From Clostridia bacterium (GTDB lineage: Bacteria; Bacillota; Clostridia; Christensenellales; Aristaeellaceae), in NCBI GenBank assembly GCA_017512675.1, contig JAFWEY010000198.1, positions 1,803-65,802 on the forward strand: a stretch of 64,000 nt of DNA. Reading direction: 5' to 3'. Positions within the stretch are counted from its first letter, which is position 1. Every line of letters begins with the position of its first letter. Below the pieces are notes generated by a model. The model was not told where the DNA came from. It searched no databases and worked only from the letters and a program-made list of their open reading frames with translations. Shown piece by piece: positions 27,645-36,224 of the stretch. The translations under genes were made by a program, and so were the position numbers.

Positions 27645-28691
27645 GTGAAAAACGTGACGATCCGGGATATCGCGCGCGAAGCGCACGTTTCCGTGGGAAC
27701 GGTCAGCAAGTACATCAATGGGCGGACCGACATCCGGGAAAAGAATCGACGGGCGATCGGTGAAGCGATCGCGCGCCTGGGGTATTCAGTCAATCTTGTA
27801 GCCCGAACGCTGGCGCACAAGCCGATCAGAATCGGTGTGCTGTTGCCCTCTGCGCCGGCTGAATACTTTGTACCGATGGAGGAAGGGATCCAGAGTGCGG
27901 TCCGTGAACTGGCGGATCACAAGGTATCGGCGGTCATCAGCCGCTATCAGGATTATTACGACGACCGGCGAATCAGTGAGGCGATTGAAGGCTTTATCAG
28001 CAGACAGGTCAGCGGCATGATTCTGGCTCCGGCCAGACAGCTGTCGTTCGGCAGCGGGGAGAGTTTGCCCGAAAAAGCAGGGATCCCGTCGGTGCTGGTG
28101 GTTTCCGATACCGATTCCGCCCGGCGTCTCGCGTATGTGGGCATCGATGCGGCGCTATCGGGAAGAACCGCCGCGGATCTGACGGCCCTCCTTCTTTCCG
28201 CGCAGCAGAGCGCGGCGATCCTGATCGGAAGCCGCCGAGTGACCGAACACGCGATCAAAGCGGACAGCTATCTGAAGAGCTGTGAGGAACGCGGCCTGCG
28301 AACGGAAGGATGCTTCGAAACGCGGGACGACCCGGCGGAAGCGTACAGGATGACCGCTCAGCTGATTCGGGAAAGGCCAAGCCTGAGACTGATCTATGTG
28401 GCGACCGGAAACTCGATCGGTGTTTGCCGCGCAATAGAAGACGCAGGCCGGACCGGGGAGATGCGCGTGATCGCCACCGACCTGCCGCGGGAGCTCGAGC
28501 CTTTCGTGCGGATGGGGCTCGTAACAGCCACCCTCAATCAGCACCTTCGCGAGCAGGGGCACCGGGCTGTGCGTGTACTGTACCGGTATCTCACCGAAGG
28601 GGCGATTGAACGCACGGAAATCCGCTTCGCGCCGGAGCTGCTGCTGAAAAGCGCAATGCTGGAAATGTGGCATGCTGAAGAGAAAAGCTGA
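27645..28691 (+). CDS. LacI family transcriptional regulator
   Basis: HTH VTIRDIAREAHVSVGTVSKYING followed by a periplasmic-binding-fold domain. GTG 27645 gives the family-typical N-terminus; the longest ORF starts at GTG 27624. Confidence 0.85.
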   Translation: MKNVTIRDIAREAHVSVGTVSKYINGRTDIREKNRRAIGEAIARLGYSVNLVARTLAHKPIRIGVLLPSAPAEYFVPMEEGIQSAVRELADHKVSAVISRYQDYYDDRRISEAIEGFISRQVSGMILAPARQLSFGSGESLPEKAGIPSVLVVSDTDSARRLAYVGIDAALSGRTAADLTALLLSAQQSAAILIGSRRVTEHAIKADSYLKSCEERGLRTEGCFETRDDPAEAYRMTAQLIRERPSLRLIYVATGNSIGVCRAIEDAGRTGEMRVIATDLPRELEPFVRMGLVTATLNQHLREQGHRAVRVLYRYLTEGAIERTEIRFAPELLLKSAMLEMWHAEEKS

Positions 28692-28751
28692 ATGCTTTTC
28701 TCTTTCTCAAAGGAACGTTGATACGTAAAAGAACACGGGAGGCGAGACAGA

Positions 28752-30179
28752 ATGCAGAAAGTGAGAATTGGGTTTGTTCCCTCCACATGGGAGTCCTGGG
28801 ATGGGAGCGAGTACACCGGCAGGCTGCAATGGGCGAAAGCCATGCGAAGGCGCTGCCTGGACGTGATGGAGAAAACGCCTGGACTTGAGATCGTGGTGCC
28901 CGGTGAGGAATTGACAGAATTCGGCTGTGTGGGTACGGTCGAAGAGGGGATGAAGACGGCACAGCTGTTCCGGGAAAAGAACATTCAGGGGATGATTATC
29001 GGCAATATGAATTTCGGACACGAAACTTCGCTGGGGCCGATTCTGTCCACAATCGACCGCGAAATGCCGATCCTGCACTTCGCGACCCGCAGCGGCGCGT
29101 ATTCGCCGCAGGGCAATCGGGCAACCGATACCTGGTGCGGTCAGTTCATGACATGCTCCGCGATGAAACGGCGGGGCTTGAAGTTTGAGCATATTATCAC
29201 CTGTGATCCGGAAGAGCCGGAATTCGCGGAAAAGCTTGCGGTATTCACCCGCGCGGTAAATGCGATAACCCGTTTCAGGGGCGCGAGGATCCTGCAGATC
29301 GGCACCCGGCCGACGGGGTTCGAGTCCGAATTCTTCAGCGAGCAGGCGATGATGAAAAACTTCCGCCAGGTTCTCGTGCCGGTGGATTTGGCGACAGCCT
29401 ATGAGACGATGGATGAAATCAAGCCGGATGATCCGCGCGTGCTGGCCATCGCGGAAGAAATCCGTTCCGGTGCCGACATCATTTCGGAAGAAACCCCGAA
29501 CAGCATCAATACGCAGGCCCGCTTTGAACTGACGCTGAAGACGCTGCTGGAGAAGTTCCACTGCAGCGCGATCGCCTCCAGCTGCTGGGAGACACTGCAG
29601 CACAAGTACGGCATCGCCGCCTGCTCGACCTTCTCACGCCTGAACAATCAGGGAATCACGACGGCGTGCGAAGTGGACGTGATGGGCGCTCTGACCATGC
29701 TGGCGATGAACTCATGCGCGCTGGGAGAGGTTCCGGCTGACTTCATCGACTGGACCGACCTGCATCCGACCGAGAAGAACGTCTGGCTCGCGTGGCATTG
29801 CGGGAACGCGGCCTGTCAGCTGTGCGCGTCCGGCTGTCAGACGCACCTGCGCATGAATGAACGGCTGGGCCTGTGGGGACCATACTGCTATGGCGCCTAC
29901 GATTTCCGCATGAAATACGGGCCGGTGACCTGCGCGCGCATGATGGAATACGACGGGAAGTACAGCATGTTCTATGGTACGGGTGAAGCGGTGGATATCG
30001 GGCCGATCTCCCGCGGCACCTACGCATGGGTTAAGGTGAACGACATCCGCGACTGGGAGCAGAAGATGATCGAAACCGGCGTCGTGCATCACGGCGTTCT
30101 GATTCATGATCCTGTGGTGGCTGACGCACTGGCTATGTTCTGCAAGTTCCTGAATATCCAGGCGGTTCGCGGCGCGTGA
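28752..30179 (+). CDS. L-fucose/L-arabinose isomerase family protein
   Basis: 475 aa. The pattern ...TACEVDVMGALTMLAM... and ...WLAWHCGNA... resembles the FucI/AraA-family C-terminal domain from memory. Substrate unknown. Confidence 0.65.
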   Translation: MQKVRIGFVPSTWESWDGSEYTGRLQWAKAMRRRCLDVMEKTPGLEIVVPGEELTEFGCVGTVEEGMKTAQLFREKNIQGMIIGNMNFGHETSLGPILSTIDREMPILHFATRSGAYSPQGNRATDTWCGQFMTCSAMKRRGLKFEHIITCDPEEPEFAEKLAVFTRAVNAITRFRGARILQIGTRPTGFESEFFSEQAMMKNFRQVLVPVDLATAYETMDEIKPDDPRVLAIAEEIRSGADIISEETPNSINTQARFELTLKTLLEKFHCSAIASSCWETLQHKYGIAACSTFSRLNNQGITTACEVDVMGALTMLAMNSCALGEVPADFIDWTDLHPTEKNVWLAWHCGNAACQLCASGCQTHLRMNERLGLWGPYCYGAYDFRMKYGPVTCARMMEYDGKYSMFYGTGEAVDIGPISRGTYAWVKVNDIRDWEQKMIETGVVHHGVLIHDPVVADALAMFCKFLNIQAVRGA

Positions 30180-30200
30180 CGGCCGGGAAAGGGTGCAGAC

Positions 30201-31235
30201 ATGAGAAAACTGATTTTGAAGGCTCCGTATGAACTTGAAATGACGCAGGCGCCGATCCCGGAACCGGGCGCGGGCCAGGTGCGGATTCACGTGAAGAAGC
30301 TGGGCATCTGCGGCTCTGATCCGACGATCTACAAAGGGCTGCATCCCTATGTTACCTATCCGCGTGTCATGGGGCATGAGTTCTCCGGCGTGATCGATGC
30401 CGTCGGGGCAAATGTCGATCCCGCGCGGATCGGACAGCGTGTTACGGTGATTCCGCACATCGTCTGCGGCGAATGCGACGCATGCCGTGCGGAGATTTAC
30501 AACTTCTGTGAACAGCTGAAATGTGCCGGCGCGGAAGACGACGGGGCGCACTGCGATTATTTCTGCATTGACGCGAAAATGGCGCTGGAAATCCCGGACA
30601 CCATGTCGCTGGAAGCCGCCGCAATGGTGGAGCCGGCGTGTGTCGCTTATCACGGGGCGAGACGCGCGGGATTGAAAGGCGGCGAAACGGTTCTGATCAT
30701 CGGAGCAGGGCCGATCGGCGTGTTCTGCCTGCAGAGTGTCCGGGCGCTGGGTGCCGGGCACGTCTACGTCGCGGACATGGACGCAAACCGCCTGGCGCTG
30801 GCGCAGCAGCTCGGCGCGACTGGCGTGATTGACGTTTCCAAAGAGGATCTGCGCGAAAGGCTGTGTGCGTTCGAGGGAAGCGAAAAGAAAATCGATGTAT
30901 TCTACGACTGCGTCGGGGAAAAGGGAACGGTGCTGAACAACATTCTGGCGCTTGCGCGGCGCGGCAGCCGCATCGTCGTGATCGGAGTGCTGCAGAAGGT
31001 GTTCAATATTCCGCTGCTGCCGGATTTCGTACAGCACGAGCTGAATCTGTTTGGAACGACGATGTATGTGCCGCAGGATTACCGCGATATGATCGATCTG
31101 ATGGGAAAAGGGATCATCCAAACCGAACCGATGGTTTCGCATCACTGTTCGTTTGAAGAGCTTCCGAAAATGCTGGACGACATTGTGAACCGAAGGATCA
31201 AAACCTACAAGGTCATTGTGGATATGAACGACTGA
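30201..31235 (+). CDS. zinc-dependent alcohol/polyol dehydrogenase (MDR family)
   Basis: 344 aa with catalytic zinc C37/H59 context (GICGSD...GHEFSG), structural zinc CGECDAC and a Rossmann GAGPIG. Confidence 0.85.
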   Translation: MRKLILKAPYELEMTQAPIPEPGAGQVRIHVKKLGICGSDPTIYKGLHPYVTYPRVMGHEFSGVIDAVGANVDPARIGQRVTVIPHIVCGECDACRAEIYNFCEQLKCAGAEDDGAHCDYFCIDAKMALEIPDTMSLEAAAMVEPACVAYHGARRAGLKGGETVLIIGAGPIGVFCLQSVRALGAGHVYVADMDANRLALAQQLGATGVIDVSKEDLRERLCAFEGSEKKIDVFYDCVGEKGTVLNNILALARRGSRIVVIGVLQKVFNIPLLPDFVQHELNLFGTTMYVPQDYRDMIDLMGKGIIQTEPMVSHHCSFEELPKMLDDIVNRRIKTYKVIVDMND

Positions 31236-31251
31236 CAGCGGAGGGCTTTCT

Positions 31252-32307
31252 GTGGCTCCGGAGAAACGCAGCTCCGAAAAGAGAACGACGATTTACGATA
31301 TCGCCGCGAAACTGAATATTTCGACGGCGACGGTGAACCGTGCCCTGACCGGCAAACCGCGGGTCAAGGAGGAAACGCGCCGGCTCGTGATACAAACGGC
31401 GGCTGAAATGGGTTTTAAGCCGAATACGCTGGCGCGTTCCCTCGGGCGCAGAAGGCTGCGCTTCGCGGTGGTCGGGTTCACCAGTTTCCCGGAATTCCAC
31501 AATCCGTTTCTCGAAGGCGCGCTGTTCGCAGGAGAGGAACTGGCGGATTTCAACATCCAGGTGGACTGCTATCCTTACGATCTGGGTGCGAGCGATACCC
31601 CTCAGGCGATTCGCTTTCTGGAGGATACGCTGCGGGAAATCGCGGACGGGGATTACGACGGCGCGCTGGTGCTCGGAAGGCCGACGTCCGCGTTTGAATA
31701 CCTGAAGAGCAAGGAGATCTGCGTCGCTACCGCCGTGACCGACGTCGGGGAAACGATACGCCGCTTTCACGTATGCGTACGAGGGCAAATCTCCGGCAGG
31801 ATCGCCGCCGAACTCATCTGGCGCATGCTGCCCGACCGCGGAAGGCCGGTCGCGATCGCGTCGGGCTTTGAAGGACTGACCGTACACGAGGATACGATTA
31901 CAGGGTTCCGCGAACAGACCGGGCGGATGCCGCTCAATCTTTGCCGGGTTTGCTATAACTGCGACAACGAGTCCCGCGCGTATGACAATACGATGCGGCT
32001 TTTGCGGGATTATCCCGGCTTGGGCGCCATCTATGTCAACTCCTTTAACTGTCGGGGCGTGATCGAAGCAGTCCGTGAAAGCGGTTGCCTCGGGCAGGTG
32101 CTCCTGATTACTTCAGACATCAGCGGCGATATCAAACGCATGATTCGGGAGGGAGCAATTGCTGCGACGATTTTTCAGAATCAGTACGAACAGGGCAGGA
32201 TCGGAATGCACAGGCTGTACAGCGTGCTGGCGGACGGAGCTGATATCCGCGGTGTGCTGCCCATGGATCCGCAAATCGTCATGAACAGCAACCTTGAACT
32301 GTTCTGA
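31252..32307 (+). CDS. LacI family transcriptional regulator
   Basis: GTG start with GGAGGG RBS. HTH TTIYDIAAKLNISTATVNRAL plus a sugar-binding domain. Confidence 0.85.
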   Translation: MAPEKRSSEKRTTIYDIAAKLNISTATVNRALTGKPRVKEETRRLVIQTAAEMGFKPNTLARSLGRRRLRFAVVGFTSFPEFHNPFLEGALFAGEELADFNIQVDCYPYDLGASDTPQAIRFLEDTLREIADGDYDGALVLGRPTSAFEYLKSKEICVATAVTDVGETIRRFHVCVRGQISGRIAAELIWRMLPDRGRPVAIASGFEGLTVHEDTITGFREQTGRMPLNLCRVCYNCDNESRAYDNTMRLLRDYPGLGAIYVNSFNCRGVIEAVRESGCLGQVLLITSDISGDIKRMIREGAIAATIFQNQYEQGRIGMHRLYSVLADGADIRGVLPMDPQIVMNSNLELF

Positions 32308-32311
32308 AGTT

Positions 32312-32326
32312 TGTGCAAATTGCACA
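32312..32326. promoter_or_regulatory. 7-1-7 inverted repeat TGTGCAA-A-TTGCACA
   Basis: Read directly. Lies 5 nt after the LacI stop and about 40 nt upstream of the -35 element. Confidence 0.3.
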
Positions 32327-32364
32327 TTTATTCTGCATCATTCGACGAAAAATCAAAGTTTCTG

Positions 32365-32394
32365 TTGACAAGAAGATAAATCTGGCGATATACT
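32365..32394 (+). promoter_or_regulatory. sigma-A promoter of the aldolase-kdgK-eda operon
   Basis: TTGACA (32365-32370), 18 nt, TATACT (32389-32394). Confidence 0.5.
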
Positions 32395-32416
32395 TTGAGC
32401 GAACGTAAAATGTAAG

Positions 32417-32442
32417 CCTTTGCGTAACCGGTTACGCAAAGG
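32417..32442. promoter_or_regulatory. 26-bp perfect palindrome, LacI-type operator candidate
   Basis: CCTTTGCGTAACCGGTTACGCAAAGG is self-complementary over all 26 nt with a central CCGG. It lies between the predicted -10 and the RBS of the gene at 32457. Confidence 0.6.
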
Positions 32443-32456
32443 CGAAGGGGCAGAAA

Positions 32457-33137
32457 ATGAGGTTTCGTTACAGCGACACGCTAATGGAGGACTGCGCTGA
32501 AATCCGTTCGGAAATCATAGAAACCTGTCTCTGGCTGCTGGAAGAGCATCTGGTGATCGGGACTTGGGGCAATGTCAGCGTGCGGCTGGCGGACGGGAAT
32601 ATCCTGATTACTCCGTCGAGGGTTCCCTATGAGGCGATGCAGCCGGAAGACCTGGTGGTGCTGGCGCCGGACGGAACTGTCGTGCGTGGGAGTCGGCGTT
32701 CCACCAGCGAACGGGAAATCCATCGGGGCATTCTGAACGCGAGAAAAGACCTGAATGCGGTTGTGCATACCCACTCCGCTTATGCGATGGCATGCTGCGC
32801 GATCGAAGGGGGAATCCCGCCGCTTTCGGAGGAGATGGCGCAGCTGCTGGGCGGAGGGATCCCGCTGACCAGGAGCTTCGTTCCGTCCGAAAGGCACGAA
32901 GAGCTGGGACGGATGGCGGTGGAATCGCTGGGAAGCGCCAATGCGCTGCTTTTGCGCAACCACGGGCCCGTCTGCTGCGGCAGAACGCTTGGCGAAGCGC
33001 GTGTGTGCGCGCAATCGGTGGAAAAGGCGGCGAAGATGTACCTGCATCTGCGCGGCGCGGGGCCGATCAACGTGCTGGAAGAACAGTGGGTGCGCGCGGG
33101 CAGAACGTATTTCACCGATGCCTATGGCAAGACCTGA
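32457..33137 (+). CDS. class II aldolase/adducin family protein (FucA/AraD-like)
   Basis: 226 aa with ...GTWGNVSVR..., ...ITPSRVPYE... and ...VVHTHSAYA... Confidence 0.8.
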   Translation: MRFRYSDTLMEDCAEIRSEIIETCLWLLEEHLVIGTWGNVSVRLADGNILITPSRVPYEAMQPEDLVVLAPDGTVVRGSRRSTSEREIHRGILNARKDLNAVVHTHSAYAMACCAIEGGIPPLSEEMAQLLGGGIPLTRSFVPSERHEELGRMAVESLGSANALLLRNHGPVCCGRTLGEARVCAQSVEKAAKMYLHLRGAGPINVLEEQWVRAGRTYFTDAYGKT

Positions 33138-33150
33138 GGAGGATCATGCA

Positions 33151-34170
33151 ATGCGTGTTGTGACGATGGGCGAAATGATGATTCGCTTTATGCCCAAAGG
33201 AAATCTCCGGCTGGAGCAGGCGGACGAATTCGAGGCATATTACGGGGGCGATGAATCGATCGTCGCGGTTTCGCTGGCGCGCTTCGGGCTGGACAGCCGG
33301 TATGTGACCAAGCTCCCGGAGAACCCGCTGGGGGACATCGCGCTGATGAAGCTGCGGGCGCAGAACGTCGATACGCGTTTTATCGCGCGCGGAGGCGAAC
33401 GGCTGGGGCTCAATTTTTACGAGTGCGGCGCGGCGATGCGGCCATCCAGCGTGCTGTATGACCGCAGGCATTCCTCGATTTCTGAGGCACTGCCCTCCGA
33501 TTTCGATTTCGACGCGATCTTCTCCGATGCGGACTGGTTCCACGTGGCTGGTATCACGCCGGCGATCAGCGATCGCGCTGCAGACCTGGTTCGCACCGCG
33601 GTGCAGGCAGCAAAGCGGCACGGCGTGACAGTTTCGGTGGATCTCAATTACCGAAGCAAGCTGTGGTCGCCCGAAAAGGCACAGAGCGTGATGATTCCGC
33701 TGATGGAATCTGTTGATGTCTGCATCGGAAATGAGGAAGATGCCGAAAAGGTGCTGGGCTTCAGACCGGAGAATACGGACGTAACAAAAGGTGCGCTGGA
33801 TATCGCAGGCTATCAAGATGTATTCCGCCGCATGAAAGAGCGGTTCGGCTTCCGTTATATCGCTTCCACGCTGCGCGAGAGTCATTCAGCGTCCGACAAC
33901 GGCTGGTCTGCCCTGCTCTACGACGGCAGCAAATTCTACCGCACGACACATTACGACATTCACCTGGTGGATCGCGGCGGTGGCGGCGCGTCCTTCGCGG
34001 CAGGAATGATTTATGGTATTTTGATGGGCTTCTCTCTGGAGAAGACCGGGGAATTCGCGGCAGCGGCTTCCGCGCTCAAGCAGACGATCCTCGGCGATTT
34101 CAACCTGGCGACGCTGAAGGAAGTTGAAACGCTGATGAACGGGGACGCGTCCGGGCGCGTACAGCGCTGA
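33151..34170 (+). CDS. kdgK: 2-dehydro-3-deoxygluconokinase (PfkB family)
   Basis: ATG 33151 after GAGGAGGA. MRVVTMGEMMIRFMP... is a typical KdgK N-terminus. C-terminal GGGASFAAG resembles the PfkB anion-hole motif. Confidence 0.82.
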   Translation: MRVVTMGEMMIRFMPKGNLRLEQADEFEAYYGGDESIVAVSLARFGLDSRYVTKLPENPLGDIALMKLRAQNVDTRFIARGGERLGLNFYECGAAMRPSSVLYDRRHSSISEALPSDFDFDAIFSDADWFHVAGITPAISDRAADLVRTAVQAAKRHGVTVSVDLNYRSKLWSPEKAQSVMIPLMESVDVCIGNEEDAEKVLGFRPENTDVTKGALDIAGYQDVFRRMKERFGFRYIASTLRESHSASDNGWSALLYDGSKFYRTTHYDIHLVDRGGGGASFAAGMIYGILMGFSLEKTGEFAAAASALKQTILGDFNLATLKEVETLMNGDASGRVQR

Positions 34171-34299
34171 CCCTGCGGTTCCCATTCGGAGTTGAACGTT
34201 TCCGGATTGTCCGCGTCGTCATCGATGAAAGACATGCGGACAGAGTCCGGGCGCCTGGGAGAATTCCTTGGCGGAAAACCATGCGAAAGAGGGAGAATC

Positions 34300-34980
34300 A
34301 TGGCGAGAAGAGATATCAGCCTGAAGGAATACGCGGTTCAACAGACGAAATCCACCGGGGTTCTGCCCTGCATCAAGCTGCACCGGAAGGACGACTGGCT
34401 CCGCTATGCGCAGGCGATGTACGACGGCGGCGCGCGGGTTGTGGAAGTGACGACGACCACACCGGGCGTGCTGGAAGCGATCGAGGCGATTTCGGATCAT
34501 TTCGGCGATGAACTGCTCGTCGCGGCCGGAACGGTCCTCGATCCCGCGATGGCGAGGGAGGTGATCCTGCACGGAGGCAGTGTGATCGTCAATCCGTGCG
34601 TGATCCCGGACGTGATCAACCTGGCGAGCCGTTACAACGTGCCCGTTTACAGCGGTGCGTTTACCGCGACTGAGGTGTTCCAGGCGATGCAGGCCGGCGC
34701 GACGATGGTCAAGATCTTCCCCGGCGCGCTGGGCGGACCGAAATACATGACAAACCTTAAAATGGTGTTTCCGGAGGTCAATCTGATTCCCTCCGGCGGC
34801 ATCAACGAGCAGAACTGCGCGGAGTTTATCCGCTGCGGCGCCTGTGCAGTCTCCGGCGCGCGCACATTCATGAACTTTGACCGGATCCGGGAAGAAGGCA
34901 TCGAGTGGATCACAAAACAGGTGCGCACCTTTGTGGACCTGATTGCGGAAGCCAAGAAGGATTTGCCGGACATTCCCTGA
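34300..34980 (+). CDS. eda: KDPG/KHG aldolase (Eda family)
   Basis: ATG 34300 after AGAGGGAG. ...GGARVVEVTTTTPG..., ...AGTVLD..., ...VKIFPG..., ...IPSGGI... Confidence 0.82.
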   Translation: MARRDISLKEYAVQQTKSTGVLPCIKLHRKDDWLRYAQAMYDGGARVVEVTTTTPGVLEAIEAISDHFGDELLVAAGTVLDPAMAREVILHGGSVIVNPCVIPDVINLASRYNVPVYSGAFTATEVFQAMQAGATMVKIFPGALGGPKYMTNLKMVFPEVNLIPSGGINEQNCAEFIRCGACAVSGARTFMNFDRIREEGIEWITKQVRTFVDLIAEAKKDLPDIP

Positions 34981-35055
34981 AGAAACGGGAGGGGCGACAG
35001 CATGGCCCGGGTAGCAATCATCGGAAAACAGTAGCCTCGCTATATCCGCGAGGAA

Positions 35056-36009
35056 ATGGTCGAATATCTGAAGAGCCGGGGCTATGAGGCGGATCTGCTG
35101 GATATGCCGACCCGCAACACGGCGGACTGGAAGGAAGCACTGCTCGGATACGACGCGCTGATCAGCGCCGGAGAAAAGATACCCGGTGAGACGATGCGGT
35201 TTCTCCGCGGGAGCCTGAAAGTAATTTCGCGCTTCGGGGTCGGAACCGACGAAATGGACCACGCAGAAGCAGTGCGGCAGGGGATTGCCATCTGCAATGC
35301 GGCGGGCAGCTTCAACAGGCCGGTCGCGGAATGCGCCCTGGGAATGATGATCTGTCTGCTGCGCAACATCCACTTGGGAAACCGGGAAGTGCACAGCTGC
35401 GACTGGAGCCGCTTCAACGAAAGCCGCAACGGCGAGCAGCTGTACGGCAAAACCGTCGGCCTGATTGGCTTCGGCGGTATCGCGCAGACGTTGGCGAGGA
35501 TGCTGATGGGGTTCGACTGTCATGTGATTGCCTGCGATCCCTTTTTCAATGAAGAGGCGGCGGAAAAGTGGAACGTGAAACGCGTGGAGATGGACGAACT
35601 GGTGCGCAGCGGAGACGTCGTATGCCTGCTCTGTCCGCTGACTGACGAGACGCGGGACATGGTGGACGCGGAGTTCCTGCGGCGCATGAAGAAAAACGCC
35701 GTGCTGATCAATACCAGCCGCGGCGGCCTGATCAACGAATATGACCTGGCGGATGCGCTGAAGAAGGGCGTCATTGCCGCGGCCGGGCTGGACGTGCTGC
35801 GCCAGGAGCCGGTCACGCCCAAATGCCCGCTGCTCGGGCTGGATAACTGCCTGCTGGAACCGCACATCGGGGCCAACACGAACGACGCCGTTGAATACGC
35901 GGGAATGTTTGCCGCGCGCAATGCGGCGGATTTCCTGGACGGAAAAAAGGTGGCTACGATCCTGAATCCGGACTACGTGAAGAACACGCGCGGCATAATT
36001 TGCTGCTAA
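35056..36009 (+). CDS. D-isomer-specific 2-hydroxyacid dehydrogenase family; apparent original start at 35002 is cut off by an in-frame TAG at 35032-35034
   Basis: NAD motif GLIGFGGIAQ and the catalytic R...E...H pattern (NTSRGGL, ...EPHIG). Upstream and in frame: GGGAGGGG RBS, then ATG 35002 MARVAIIGKQ-TAG-PRYIREE-M(35056). Confidence 0.78.
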   Translation: MVEYLKSRGYEADLLDMPTRNTADWKEALLGYDALISAGEKIPGETMRFLRGSLKVISRFGVGTDEMDHAEAVRQGIAICNAAGSFNRPVAECALGMMICLLRNIHLGNREVHSCDWSRFNESRNGEQLYGKTVGLIGFGGIAQTLARMLMGFDCHVIACDPFFNEEAAEKWNVKRVEMDELVRSGDVVCLLCPLTDETRDMVDAEFLRRMKKNAVLINTSRGGLINEYDLADALKKGVIAAAGLDVLRQEPVTPKCPLLGLDNCLLEPHIGANTNDAVEYAGMFAARNAADFLDGKKVATILNPDYVKNTRGIICC

Positions 36010-36069
36010 TAAAGCGATAAAATCGGCGAAGAAGCACCAAATGAAATTCGCCTGTTTGCCGGATTTAAG

Positions 36070-36095
36070 AATTTTCAGGAAATTTCCTGAAAATT
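36070..36095. promoter_or_regulatory. 26-bp perfect AT-rich palindrome abutting the -35 of the ABC-transporter operon
   Basis: AATTTTCAGGAAATTTCCTGAAAATT is self-complementary over 26 nt and ends 4 nt before the -35 hexamer. Confidence 0.5.
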
Positions 36096-36099
36096 GGGA

Positions 36100-36128
36100 T
36101 TTACAAAACGGAGCGGATATGTTATAAT
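36100..36128 (+). promoter_or_regulatory. sigma-A promoter of the sugar ABC operon
   Basis: TTTACA (36100-36105), 17 nt, TATAAT (36123-36128). Confidence 0.55.
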
Positions 36129-36224
36129 AGACAACGTAGATGAAACGGTACATGTTCCCCCGCGGCGGGGGAGAAACCGATTCCAAATCCCGCGGAGCGG
36201 GTAAAAGATAAGGAGGCAACCCAT

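Noticed and set aside
29311-29330. tRNA T-arm-like GGTTCGAGTCC.
   Set aside because: It lies inside the isomerase-family CDS, with no acceptor or anticodon stem around it. No tRNA genes were found in the window.
33535-33547. parS half-site-like TGGTTCCACGTGG inside kdgK.
   Set aside because: Only the left half resembles parS and the right half does not match, so it is probably a chance occurrence in coding sequence.
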